Assembly: GCA_965248195.1 (NCBI GenBank)
Contig: CBDFIQ010000002.1
Coordinates: 288,001-352,000 of the forward strand
From: Longimicrobiales bacterium
GTDB taxonomy: Bacteria; Gemmatimonadota; Gemmatimonadetes; Longimicrobiales; Gaopeijiaceae
Direction: 5' to 3'
DNA: 64,000 bases
This document shows positions 1 through 9,062 of the stretch, in pieces. The notes below the pieces were generated by a model. The model did no database searches. It saw only the letters and a list, made by a program, of their open reading frames with translations, and was not told the origin of the DNA. A program made the position numbers and the translations under genes. Positions within the stretch are counted from its first letter, which is position 1. Each line of letters starts with the position of its first letter.

Positions 1-1
1 C

Positions 2-859
2 ATCCTCACGGCTTCACTCCGGGCGGATATCCCGCACGCTCACGCGTGTGGGGGAATGGCGCGGTGTTCGACGTGTCGGGTACTCGTGCTCGACGGCGCC
101 GAGATGTGCGGCCCCCGCACACCGCCCGAAGAGAAGCTCGCCGAGCAACTGCACTTCGGCGACAACGTCCGTCTGGCATGTCAGACGACGGTGCACGGAG
201 ATTTGTCGATCCGGCGGCCGGTGGTCGACCGGGTGGATCTGGCGCTGGCCAATCTCCTGGATCGGAGCCAGGCCACCGAGCGGGTTGGGAAAGAACGGCG
301 TCTGGCGATCCTGTTCGCGGATATCGCCGGGTACACGTCGTTCGCGGAAAGCTTGATGCCGTACGACGTGACCCACGTGCTGAACCGGTATTTTTTCTTG
401 ATGGCCGAGGTCATTCAGTCCCACGGTGGTCACATCAGCGACTACATCGGGGACGGCCTGATGGCCCTGTTCGGCATCGATGGTGACGACGACCACGCGG
501 CCCAGGCGGTCCGGGCAGGCCTAGGCATGTTCGAGGCGCTGGAGGAGCTCAATCCCTACCTCCAGACGATGTACGGACGAGAGTTGGGCGTTCGGGTGGG
601 CGTCCACGTGGGTGAGGTCGTGGTGGGCACGATCGGCATCGCTCCGATGGAAAAACTCGCGGCCATCGGCGATCCGGTGAACTTCGCGAGCCGGATCGAA
701 GCGGCGAACAAAGAAGTCGGGACCCGCTTTCTGGTGTCGGAAGACACGGTCGGCGAGCTGGACGAGAGTTTCCAGGTCGGTCGCAGCTTCGAGCTGCCCA
801 TCAAGGGCAAGTCCGGGACGCACAGGCTGTACGAGGTCGTGGGGCTCAACTCCGGCTGA
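2..859 (+). CDS. Class III adenylate/guanylate cyclase with N-terminal 2Fe-2S ferredoxin domain (5' partial)
   Basis: Frame is open from nt 2: ILTASLRADIPHAHACGGMARCSTCR...RLACQ (ferredoxin C-x5-C-x2-C...C). Cyclase motifs follow: LFADIAGYT, YIGDGLMALFG, IGDPVNFASRIE, IKGK. Confidence 0.9.
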   Translation: MLTASLRADIPHAHACGGMARCSTCRVLVLDGAEMCGPRTPPEEKLAEQLHFGDNVRLACQTTVHGDLSIRRPVVDRVDLALANLLDRSQATERVGKERRLAILFADIAGYTSFAESLMPYDVTHVLNRYFFLMAEVIQSHGGHISDYIGDGLMALFGIDGDDDHAAQAVRAGLGMFEALEELNPYLQTMYGRELGVRVGVHVGEVVVGTIGIAPMEKLAAIGDPVNFASRIEAANKEVGTRFLVSEDTVGELDESFQVGRSFELPIKGKSGTHRLYEVVGLNSG

Positions 860-964
860 GAACGCCGGCGTCCTACTCGCCAGGCCTGTCGCTCGCCCGA
901 ATCCCCAGGTGCTTGAGCGTGCGTTGAAGACGCCGGGGTTGCACCCGGGCGCCTCGACCCCGGT

Positions 965-1897
965 TCACTCGACCGGAACCAGGATCCGACGGGCCTTCAT
1001 GTCGTAAACGTCGCCCGGTGCCAGCACGAAATACGGCTTCTCCCAGGGCTGATATGCGCGTGTGTTGTCGTGCACCGCGACCATCCACTTGCCCACTACT
1101 TCGAAGGTGTCCCCGGTAACGATGATCGCCGTGCCCTCCGAGAGACCGATGCCGAGCAGATGCGGCTTTCGCTCGATGAGCGGGATAATGTGGTCCCAGC
1201 GGTTCCGGGTGTTGATGTGCTGGTCGATCCCCACCTTGCGGAGGAACTCGAAGCCGAGCTGATGGTTCTCCTCGTCGGTCATGACGATCTGAGAGCCCCT
1301 GGTGTCGCCCCTGACGAGGTACTCCCCCAAAATCGTGGCGCCGGCCGAGCTCCCACCGACGACGCCCCCGCGCTCGACCACCTTGTGGAACTCGTCGTAG
1401 GTGCGGGTCCCCGCGTAGGAGTCGACGATGTTCCACTGGCGCCCTCCGTTGAACCACACCGCGGTGGCCTGCTCAAGCTCAGCCACGAACTCCTCGGTGT
1501 CGGCGATCGTTGGATCGTGCGTATGCAGCATCGAGACGTTCTCGAGTCCGCGGTCCCGCCAAGAACTCAACACGCGATCCTCGTCATAAGCCCGGACGTT
1601 GCCGTCCTCATCGTAGTTTCCGCCCGCCGTCGGTACGATGACGAAACGGCCGTCCTCCGCACCGCCTCCAAGCTCGATGAAGCGCTCAAAAATTCCGGTG
1701 CCGTTCAAAGGACCGCCGCCCGCGAGAACGAGGGTGCCGGTGGGCGGCCCGTACTCGGGCGTCTCTTGGGCGTGGATCTGCGCGGCGGGGATCTGGGCCG
1801 ACAGCCCGATCGTGAGCGCCAGGATCGGGACGAGCAGTTGGAGGGCTCGACTCCTCGTTGCCACACTCGTCATCGTTCTGTTTCTCATCGCTCTCAT
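965..1897 (-). CDS. Cyanophycinase / peptidase S51 with signal peptide
   Basis: LVLAGGG, VWFNGGRQ, GGSSAGA nucleophile, IDQH, GIGLSEGTA. Hydrophobic N-terminal signal. Start chosen at the ATG just past the upstream stop (alternatives 1888, 1873). Confidence 0.85.
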   Translation of the reverse strand: MRAMRNRTMTSVATRSRALQLLVPILALTIGLSAQIPAAQIHAQETPEYGPPTGTLVLAGGGPLNGTGIFERFIELGGGAEDGRFVIVPTAGGNYDEDGNVRAYDEDRVLSSWRDRGLENVSMLHTHDPTIADTEEFVAELEQATAVWFNGGRQWNIVDSYAGTRTYDEFHKVVERGGVVGGSSAGATILGEYLVRGDTRGSQIVMTDEENHQLGFEFLRKVGIDQHINTRNRWDHIIPLIERKPHLLGIGLSEGTAIIVTGDTFEVVGKWMVAVHDNTRAYQPWEKPYFVLAPGDVYDMKARRILVPVE

Positions 1898-1899
1898 CC

Positions 1900-3564
1900 T
1901 CACCGTTCTTCTCCTGAGCTCGGGTCGATCCGGCCCGCCGGGGCCCCGCTCACTTCTTTGACGAAGAAGGCCATGAAACGGGCCATCCGCTCGAGGCCCG
2001 GCGTCGAGACCATTTCCACGACTTCGCCGGTCGTGTGATACATGGGTGGCCCCTGCATCGTGGTGAACACCGGTATACCCGCCCGGCGATACGTTCCGCC
2101 CTCGCCGCTCGCCATGGTGTTGGGACCGGAAACGAAGTTGGTGCCGTAGCGCTGGATTCCCCGCTCGACGAGGCCCTCCAGGAAGGGAGCGAGATTGGTG
2201 ATGCCGGCGACGATGGGAGCCTCGTGCGAGTCCATGGTCCACTCCCGGTAGCCGTCTTCGTGGTTGCTGCGCGCCGGCGTTATGTGCCGCTGAGCGGTGT
2301 GCTCGAGATTCACCACGAGGACCGCTCTCTCGGCGATGTCCGGGTTCATGGCGACGAAGTGCCCAGGCCCGCTGAGGCCCGAGGAGTGGTGCCCAGCGCT
2401 GGCCACGAACACGATGGTGCGCTCCTGCTGCATCCCGGGCATGGCAAAGTGGCGGGCCAACGCTACGAGCACCGCCAAGCGGTCGGCATTGTCTCCGGCT
2501 CCATCGAACCAGCCGTCCGCGTGGGCGTTGAGTACGACGTATTCGTCGCTCCGTGACGTGCCCGGAATGATGGCCACGCCATTAGCCGCGGACAGGCCCG
2601 AGAACCTCTGAGATTCCAGGCGCATCTGCACGCGGAGATCGCCCAGTGTGCCCGCCTCCGCCGCGGCATTCATGACGGACTCGACAAACAGTCCGTCACG
2701 TCCACCGATATTGAAGCAGGCGCCGCCCCCACACCCGATGTCCCGCGCACGCATGTTGCCCGGTAGGTCGATGATCGTAAGGACCGCCACCGCCCCGCGG
2801 TCCAGGAGATCCTGAGCTCTCGGTCCGACCGGGCTCCGCACGAAGACCGTATGGCCCTGGGGGATCGCTTTCTGAACGGCGACTCTCCCGCGAACGTCGA
2901 TGTGGGCGAGCTCCGCGGGGCTCGCCGTACCGACGTATACGAGGGGTGCCGTAAGGCCGCCTCCCGTGAGGCCACCCTCCGCGAGGCTGCCTCCCGCGGA
3001 AAGTGGCATCGCACTTTCGAGAACCACGTCCTTGCTCCCCACCCCGAAGGCGGGGTCACCAACCAGCCGCACTTCCCAGGACAGCGGCAACCAGATCGAC
3101 GCGTCCGGTTCCTGGTCGAATGGCTGAAGTTCCACATCGTGGATGCCCGCGGCTCGGAACTCGTTCACGGCCCACTCGATGGTCTTCGACCCCGACGGAA
3201 AGCCCGTTATGCGGCCCCAGATCTGCCCCTCACCCACCTCCGCGGTCTCCTCGCTTTCCCTCGAGAAGCCGACGATGGTTTCGAGATCCGCTTGGATGGC
3301 AGATCCGGCGAGCTCCGGGTACTGGCTCTCACCCTGCGGCACCACCGCCGGGGCAGCCCCGCGGGCGTTGATTACCTGGACGGCGTGAGGCGCAAAGCCC
3401 GGTGGAAGCATCACACCGAACCATGGCCCGTCGGTGGAAGGCGCCTCTTCCGCGGGCATGTCCGCACAAGCCACGGCGCCGACCACCAGAACGCCTACCG
3501 CCAGAGCATATAGGGTGGCCCGAGTGCGAGCGGAGCCAGTGCTCACCGACCTCGTGGAATTCAT
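1900..3564 (-). CDS. M28-like metallopeptidase with PA domain, probable lipoprotein
   Basis: AHADGW, GAGDNA, NLEH and YHT motifs; lipobox-like AVAC; GGGAGGGAG RBS before ATG 3564. Confidence 0.75.
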   Translation of the reverse strand: MNSTRSVSTGSARTRATLYALAVGVLVVGAVACADMPAEEAPSTDGPWFGVMLPPGFAPHAVQVINARGAAPAVVPQGESQYPELAGSAIQADLETIVGFSRESEETAEVGEGQIWGRITGFPSGSKTIEWAVNEFRAAGIHDVELQPFDQEPDASIWLPLSWEVRLVGDPAFGVGSKDVVLESAMPLSAGGSLAEGGLTGGGLTAPLVYVGTASPAELAHIDVRGRVAVQKAIPQGHTVFVRSPVGPRAQDLLDRGAVAVLTIIDLPGNMRARDIGCGGGACFNIGGRDGLFVESVMNAAAEAGTLGDLRVQMRLESQRFSGLSAANGVAIIPGTSRSDEYVVLNAHADGWFDGAGDNADRLAVLVALARHFAMPGMQQERTIVFVASAGHHSSGLSGPGHFVAMNPDIAERAVLVVNLEHTAQRHITPARSNHEDGYREWTMDSHEAPIVAGITNLAPFLEGLVERGIQRYGTNFVSGPNTMASGEGGTYRRAGIPVFTTMQGPPMYHTTGEVVEMVSTPGLERMARFMAFFVKEVSGAPAGRIDPSSGEER

Positions 3565-3679
3565 GGCCCGACTCCCTCCCGATGTGGGCTGCGAAACGCC
3601 GTGGTCCAACCGATGTCCAACCGACGCAGCTAAGCCTACGCGCCCCGGAGGAGATTCCGCCAGCCCCCTTCGAACGGGG

Positions 3680-4897
3680 TCAAGCGACGGCGGCCCTCGG
3701 ATCCCTCACCCGCTGGAGAAGAAAGAGCCCAAGAACGAATAGGCAGGTCAGCATCAGAAAGCCGGGTCGCTGGTTCCCGCCGCCCAGCACCGTGATGTAG
3801 CCGAAGAGCGTCGGACCCAGGACAGAGGATGATTTCCCGCACAGCGCGTAGAAGCCGAACATCTCCGCTTCCTTCCCATCCGGGATCAGGGACGCCATGA
3901 AGCTTCGGCTCGCGGCCTGAACCGAGCCGAGGCCGATACCGGCGACGACCGCCATCGCGTAAAAGACGTTCGAATCCTGGACGAAGAAGGCCGCGATACT
4001 CACCATGATCCAAACGACGAGCACCGCATTCAACACCTTCTTGGGACCCCAGCGATCGGTGGGCTTGGCCAGAGAGAAGGCACCGATCAGCGCAGAGAAC
4101 TGGACGATCAAGAAGAGCACGATCGTATCTGCTTGGTCGAAGCCGAAGGTCTGCGTCGCGATGAGCCCTGCATAGACAATGATCGTGAGTACGCCGTCGA
4201 TGTAGAAGAAGAATGCGAAGAGGAAGTTTCGCAGCTCCCTCAGCCGCCACACCTCCCCGACGATCGTCTTGAAATGGGTGAGACCCCATTGAGCGGCCTC
4301 TGGAACGGTCATGTTCCCCTTCTCATCGGCGGGTAGGAAGAGGAACGCCGGTACGGAGAAGAGCAGGAAGAAGCTGGCTACCAGGAACCATACGACTTCC
4401 CACCGGTCTCCGGCGAAGGGAATTACCATGACGAGTCCGATGGTGGAGCCGAGGTAACCGACGCCGAAACCGAGACCCGACACCCATCCCTGCTTTTCGG
4501 GGGGAGCGATGTCGGGCAGGTAGGCATTGTAGAAGACCAGCGCGCTCTCGAAGCCGATGTTTGCGACGACGAAGAGGATGAACCCTTGTACCACCATCCC
4601 GGCCTCGAGCGTGGACATCATCGCGACTCCTGCGAGGCAGAGCGCTACATAGAAGAGCATGAACTTCTTGCGCGCCCCGCCCCGGTCGGAGATTGCACCC
4701 AGAAGCGGAGCCGAGGCCGCCACGATTAGCGCGGATAGGGAGACCGCGCGCCCCCACCACCAATCGCCCTGACCGCCCTCGCTACCTACCACAACGCCGA
4801 CGTAGAAGAGGGGGAAGACGGCCGTCGTCATCACGGCCGGATAAACCGAATTCGCGAAGTCGAAGAGCGCCCAGGCGCCAACCTGTTTCTTGTCCAT
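3680..4897 (-). CDS. MFS transporter (ATG22/UMF1-like)
   Basis: WALFDFANS N-terminal motif, PLLGAISD, FYNAYLPDI, QAASRS, about 12 hydrophobic segments. Confidence 0.9.
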   Translation of the reverse strand: MDKKQVGAWALFDFANSVYPAVMTTAVFPLFYVGVVVGSEGGQGDWWWGRAVSLSALIVAASAPLLGAISDRGGARKKFMLFYVALCLAGVAMMSTLEAGMVVQGFILFVVANIGFESALVFYNAYLPDIAPPEKQGWVSGLGFGVGYLGSTIGLVMVIPFAGDRWEVVWFLVASFFLLFSVPAFLFLPADEKGNMTVPEAAQWGLTHFKTIVGEVWRLRELRNFLFAFFFYIDGVLTIIVYAGLIATQTFGFDQADTIVLFLIVQFSALIGAFSLAKPTDRWGPKKVLNAVLVVWIMVSIAAFFVQDSNVFYAMAVVAGIGLGSVQAASRSFMASLIPDGKEAEMFGFYALCGKSSSVLGPTLFGYITVLGGGNQRPGFLMLTCLFVLGLFLLQRVRDPRAAVA

Positions 4898-4930
4898 GAG
4901 GTGTCTCAGGAGAGCGGCGCGCGAGACCGC

Positions 4931-6301
4931 CTACCCGGGCGACGGAGCGGTGATCACGGACGGCTCGTCCCCCAGCTTCCGCTTCAGTTCGAACGAGAGC
5001 ATCCACCAAGAGACCCCGGCCTGGAGGGCCACGGTTGCGACCGAGGCATACCAGAGGTGGCGGAGCTCGAACCAACTCTGGCCGGAGAGCCAGATCGCGG
5101 GAATGGCAAAGGTCACGAGGCGCGTGGCGCCCGCGAGGAGGGCGGGGACCGTGTTTCCGATCGCCTGAAACATGCCGGAGCACGTGAAGACGATTCCCAT
5201 CGCCACGAAGTTCCACGAGATGATCCGCAGGAACTCGGCACCTGCTTCGATCACCGCCTGGTCATCGGTGAAGAAGGCGATGAATACGCTCGGGCGTAGC
5301 TGACACAGCAGCGTCAGCAGAAGCATGATCGAGCTGAGCGTGACCATAGACGTGCGGAAGGTCTCCCGGACCCGATCGGGCTTGCCGGCACCCACGTTTT
5401 GCCCGGCGACCGGGGCGGTCGCGAACGCGATCGCCATCGCCGGAAGGAAGACCGCTTGCATGACACGCGAGCCGACTCCGAAGCCCGCCTGGGCCTCGGG
5501 TCCAAAGCCCCGGATGGTCCAATAGACGATCGCCACGTAAACGAACATGAGCGCAAACTCGCCCCCCGGCGGCAGCCCAACGGCGAGGATTCGCTTCCAG
5601 GTGGACACGTGCGGGCGGACCATGCTTCGATCGAACACCACGTATCGCTCGAGACGCTTGAAGTAGACGCTCATCATGACCACAGCGACGGCGATCGAGA
5701 TCGATGTCGAGATGCCCGCGCCGGCGACCCCGAACGGCCGGCCCGTGCCCCAGCCCGCGATCATGATCGGTGACAGGATCGCGTTCAGCACGACCGTCAG
5801 CACCTGAACGATGATCGTCGGAGTGACGATTCCGGTCCCTCGGAGCGCGGAGCCCATCGAGATCAGGGCGAACTGGAGGCCGAGGCCCGGGAGGACCCAG
5901 TAGAGGTACGTGGTTCCCGCGGTCACGGTCTCGGCGTCCGCACCGAGCGTGCCCATGTACCATCTGGCCAGGGCGTATCCCCCAACCAACACCATGGCCC
6001 CGCACACCGCAGCGAGCACCAGACTCTGGTTGAAGATCAGGTTCGCGTCGTCCCGGTCCTTTCTCCCGCTCGCCTGAGCGATGAGCGCCATCGTCCCTAC
6101 ACCGAGGACCTGAGTGATGGCCATCACGAGGAAATTCACGTTGCCCGCCGATCCCAAACCGGCGATGGCGGCGTCGCCGAGCTGGGCCACGAAGTAGAGA
6201 TCGACCAGGTAGTAAAGCGTCTGAAAGACCATGCCGATCGCGATCGGTACGGCCATGCTCATGATGTGGCCCGGGATGGGGCCCTCGGTCATGTCTCGCA
6301 T
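4931..6301 (-). CDS. MATE family efflux transporter
   Basis: MRDMTEGPI...MAVP, YYLVDLYFV, GSALRGTG, GVAGAGIST, GQNVGAG motifs. Confidence 0.9.
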   Translation of the reverse strand: MRDMTEGPIPGHIMSMAVPIAIGMVFQTLYYLVDLYFVAQLGDAAIAGLGSAGNVNFLVMAITQVLGVGTMALIAQASGRKDRDDANLIFNQSLVLAAVCGAMVLVGGYALARWYMGTLGADAETVTAGTTYLYWVLPGLGLQFALISMGSALRGTGIVTPTIIVQVLTVVLNAILSPIMIAGWGTGRPFGVAGAGISTSISIAVAVVMMSVYFKRLERYVVFDRSMVRPHVSTWKRILAVGLPPGGEFALMFVYVAIVYWTIRGFGPEAQAGFGVGSRVMQAVFLPAMAIAFATAPVAGQNVGAGKPDRVRETFRTSMVTLSSIMLLLTLLCQLRPSVFIAFFTDDQAVIEAGAEFLRIISWNFVAMGIVFTCSGMFQAIGNTVPALLAGATRLVTFAIPAIWLSGQSWFELRHLWYASVATVALQAGVSWWMLSFELKRKLGDEPSVITAPSPG

Positions 6302-6449
6302 TACTCGTCAGGTACCCTCGACTATCGAGTTCTTCGGAGGAAAGCTCGTCGAACGCCACCTCGCTGGGGAGAGCGAGGCCCAGGGCCGGGAAGAAGGGTA
6401 ACCTCCTTGGGCCTCCCGCAAAGGTTCCAGTCCGCCGGTGGTCGACTTG

Positions 6450-6473
6450 ATATGCAACCCATAGGTTGCATAT
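6450..6473. promoter_or_regulatory. Perfect palindromic operator for the ArsR-family regulator
   Basis: ATATGCAACC-CATA-GGTTGCATAT (10-bp perfect inverted repeat), overlapping TTGATA (6447-6452) and TATTAA (6471-6476), 6 nt before the ArsR ATG. Confidence 0.8.
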
Positions 6474-6479
6474 TAAAGC

Positions 6480-6794
6480 ATGTCGGATACCTTCCTCGCC
6501 ATCTCGGACTCCACCCGCCGCCGAATTCTCAATCGGCTGCGGACCCAGGGCTCGCTGTCGGTCACCGAGTTGTCCGAACCGCTGTCCATGACGAGGCAGG
6601 CCGTCACCAAGCATCTAAACGTACTCGAGCGGGCCGGACTTCTGGAACACAGTCGGCAGGGACGAAAACGCATCCATCGTTTGAAGGCCCAACCGCTCGA
6701 GGACGTCGCTGACTGGCTGGCTCCTTACGCCGCCGCTTGGGACCGACGTCTGTCACGCTTACAAACACATTTGGGGGAGGACGACTCGACATGA
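6480..6794 (+). CDS. ArsR/SmtB family transcriptional repressor
   Basis: FLAISDSTRRRIL...SVTELS...TRQAVTKHLNVLERAGL winged HTH. Confidence 0.92.
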   Translation: MSDTFLAISDSTRRRILNRLRTQGSLSVTELSEPLSMTRQAVTKHLNVLERAGLLEHSRQGRKRIHRLKAQPLEDVADWLAPYAAAWDRRLSRLQTHLGEDDST

Positions 6795-7531
6795 GCGAGA
6801 TCATCACGAGAGCGTTGGAGTTCAGCTCCGACATCGAGCGTGTGTGGAAGGCGCTTACGGACCCGAGTGAGATCGCGAAGTGGTTCTCGGACCGGGTCGG
6901 ATTCGATCCCCGGCCCGGCAGCCTCGGATGGCTCGAGTGGGACAAACACGGCCGGTATCCGCTTCGGGTCGAGGCGGTGGAGTCGCCCCATCACATTTCC
7001 TGGAGTTGGAGTCACGATCCTGATCACGATTTCGACCCCGAGAACTCCACCCTGGTCGAGTGGACGCTGAGCGAGCGAGAGGAAGGGGGCACCTTGCTCG
7101 AGCTACGCGAGTCGGGCTTTCGTACGGAGGCGGATTATCAGGAAAATCAGGGCGGGTGGACCGCGGAATTGGGGGAGCTGGCGGAGCTCCTGGAGGGTCA
7201 GCAAGCCGTTTTCGCATCCAACTCCGAGGTCGCGATTCATGTGCCCGACCTCGAAAGGGCCGAGGCCTTCTACGTCGGTGTGCTGGGCGGGCGCCTGATC
7301 AGCAAGAGCGACGCTGGCCTGGAAATCGAGAGCGGAGCTCTGAGGCTCTACGTGAACCGAGACGAGGACGCCCTGCGCTCGTTCATTCCATCGTTCGACG
7401 TCGCCGACGCGACGCGTGCCGCTCTGCAACTTCAGGTTGCCGGCTGTGAGGTGGAAGCGGGTGCCTCGGGCGGTCGCTACTTCAGGGACCCCTTCGGGCT
7501 CGTCTTTGATATCGTGGAGCGAGTCAAATAA
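6791..7531 (+). CDS. SRPBCC/AHSA1 domain fused to VOC (glyoxalase) domain
   Basis: ATGA overlap with arsR. RVWKALTDP...WF...GT.LELRESGF...GW (AHSA1), then VAIHVPDLERAEAFY...YFRDPFG (VOC). Confidence 0.85.
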   Translation: MSEIITRALEFSSDIERVWKALTDPSEIAKWFSDRVGFDPRPGSLGWLEWDKHGRYPLRVEAVESPHHISWSWSHDPDHDFDPENSTLVEWTLSEREEGGTLLELRESGFRTEADYQENQGGWTAELGELAELLEGQQAVFASNSEVAIHVPDLERAEAFYVGVLGGRLISKSDAGLEIESGALRLYVNRDEDALRSFIPSFDVADATRAALQLQVAGCEVEAGASGGRYFRDPFGLVFDIVERVK

Positions 7532-7686
7532 CCGGCAACGAGCTTTGGCCGCACGGGCCTTCATGAAAGGCGGCAGCCCCAGTATCATATGCCGCAGGGT
7601 AGGTAGATCCGAAAGTAATTAGGCTGAACCCGCGAACTGAACCGGCGGATCATCCTGATTGGTGTTAACACCCGTGGGGTCCAAGC

Positions 7687-8190
7687 TTGAGCGACGCGAT
7701 GGAGTCAGGGCCGTCGGAACCGATAGATCCGGAGACCGTTGTCGGTCATGTTCACCTCAAGGTCGCGGAGTTGGACCGATCGATCCGTTTCTACTCCGGT
7801 GTGCTCGGGTTCGAGGTGACGAATAAAATGGGCTCCCAAGCTGCGTTCCTCAGCGCCGGGGGGTACCATCACCACGTCGGTTTGAATACATGGGAGTCGA
7901 AGGGGGGGAACCCGCCGGCCGCGGGCACCACCGGGCTTTACCACGTCGCATTTTGTTATCCGAATCGGAGCGCCCTGGCGAAGGCGCTTCGGCGACTCGA
8001 TGACTTCTCGATCCCACTCGAGGGAGCGGCGGACCACGGCGTGAGCGAGGCCCTCTACCTTCGGGATCCGGATGGCAACGGCGTCGAGCTCTACTTCGAC
8101 CGACCTCGGGAGGAGTGGCCGCGGGGCCCTGATGGCGAGCTCCAGATGTTCACCAAACCGCTGGATCTCGTGGATCTGCGTCGGTCCTGA
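7687..8190 (+). CDS. VOC family protein (CatE-like/glyoxalase)
   Basis: GHVHLKV, GGYHHHVGLNTW, GLYHVA, DHGVSEALYLRDPDGNGVELY. Start may be ATG 7699. Confidence 0.9.
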   Translation: MSDAMESGPSEPIDPETVVGHVHLKVAELDRSIRFYSGVLGFEVTNKMGSQAAFLSAGGYHHHVGLNTWESKGGNPPAAGTTGLYHVAFCYPNRSALAKALRRLDDFSIPLEGAADHGVSEALYLRDPDGNGVELYFDRPREEWPRGPDGELQMFTKPLDLVDLRRS

Positions 8191-8230
8191 CGGACCTCAG
8201 GCGATTCGGAGTTCGGATCGGGCGTTTCCC

Positions 8231-8701
8231 TCATGCGTAGGGCATCGGAGGCTCTTTGCCGATCAGCCGCGCGTAGACCGCCAACGATCCGCGATGGTGA
8301 GCAGTGTGATCGACAATCCCCGACACCACCGCGAGGCGCGGCGCCCCTTCCATGATCTTCTTGTCCGGAATGGGCTCGACCAGGTCTTGATCCGAGGCCG
8401 CTCCTACCACTGCGATGGCGTTGGTGAACGCCCGATCCAGCCGCTCGAGAGCTTCTACGAGCGAGGTGACCGCCTTCGCCTTGGCGATCGAGGCGTCGAA
8501 CTCCAGATCCCAGCCGTCTCCAAACGCTCCCTCGATGAACCAGTCGATCGAGTCCGCCGCGTGAGCGACGTGGCCCGCGACCGTATAGAGCTCGGGATAG
8601 GGGGCGAACCCGCCGTCTTCCGGTGCGAAGACGGATAGGGTGGTCCTGAAGAACTTCTGGGTCGATTCGAGCTGTTGAACCAATCCTTGTGAGACGGCCA
8701 T
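8231..8701 (-). CDS. DinB/YfiT family protein
   Basis: TVAGHVAH and DHTAHHRGSLAVYARLIGKEPP His-triad pattern. Confidence 0.85.
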   Translation of the reverse strand: MAVSQGLVQQLESTQKFFRTTLSVFAPEDGGFAPYPELYTVAGHVAHAADSIDWFIEGAFGDGWDLEFDASIAKAKAVTSLVEALERLDRAFTNAIAVVGAASDQDLVEPIPDKKIMEGAPRLAVVSGIVDHTAHHRGSLAVYARLIGKEPPMPYA

Positions 8702-8737
8702 GGGGAGTTCTCCGGTATATTCGGCTTTTGTTCGGTT

Positions 8738-8766
8738 ATTTTGCCAGGACTCGGTGGGCGTGTCAA
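8738..8766 (-). promoter_or_regulatory. Candidate sigma70 promoter of the DinB-family gene
   Basis: Minus strand TTGACA (8766-8761), 17-nt spacer, CAAAAT (8743-8738). Confidence 0.5.
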
Positions 8767-8770
8767 GAAC

Positions 8771-9062
8771 TCAGCCGTAGGTCTTCCGCAGTTCCACTTT
8801 CTGCACCTTACCCGTGCCACCGATCGGCAACTCCTCGACCATGACTACGTCATCCGGAATCCACCATTCTTCAACCTTGCCCTTGAAGAATCCGAGCAAC
8901 TCCTCTTTGGAGGGTTCCGCCCCCGGGTTCGGCCTCACGATGAGGAGCGGGCGCTCGCTCCATTTTTCATCGGGAATTCCGATCACCGCCGCCTGCATTA
9001 CGTCAGGATGACTCATTGCCAAGTGCTCGAGCTCGATCGAACTGATCCACTCCCCTCCTGAC
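8771..9062 (-). pseudogene. C-terminal fragment of an acyl-CoA ligase (AMP-binding family), 5' part removed at the IS end
   Basis: Reads SGGEWISSIELEHLAMSHPDV...IPDEKWSERP...LPIGGTGKVQKVELR, beginning exactly at the IS boundary. Confidence 0.85.
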
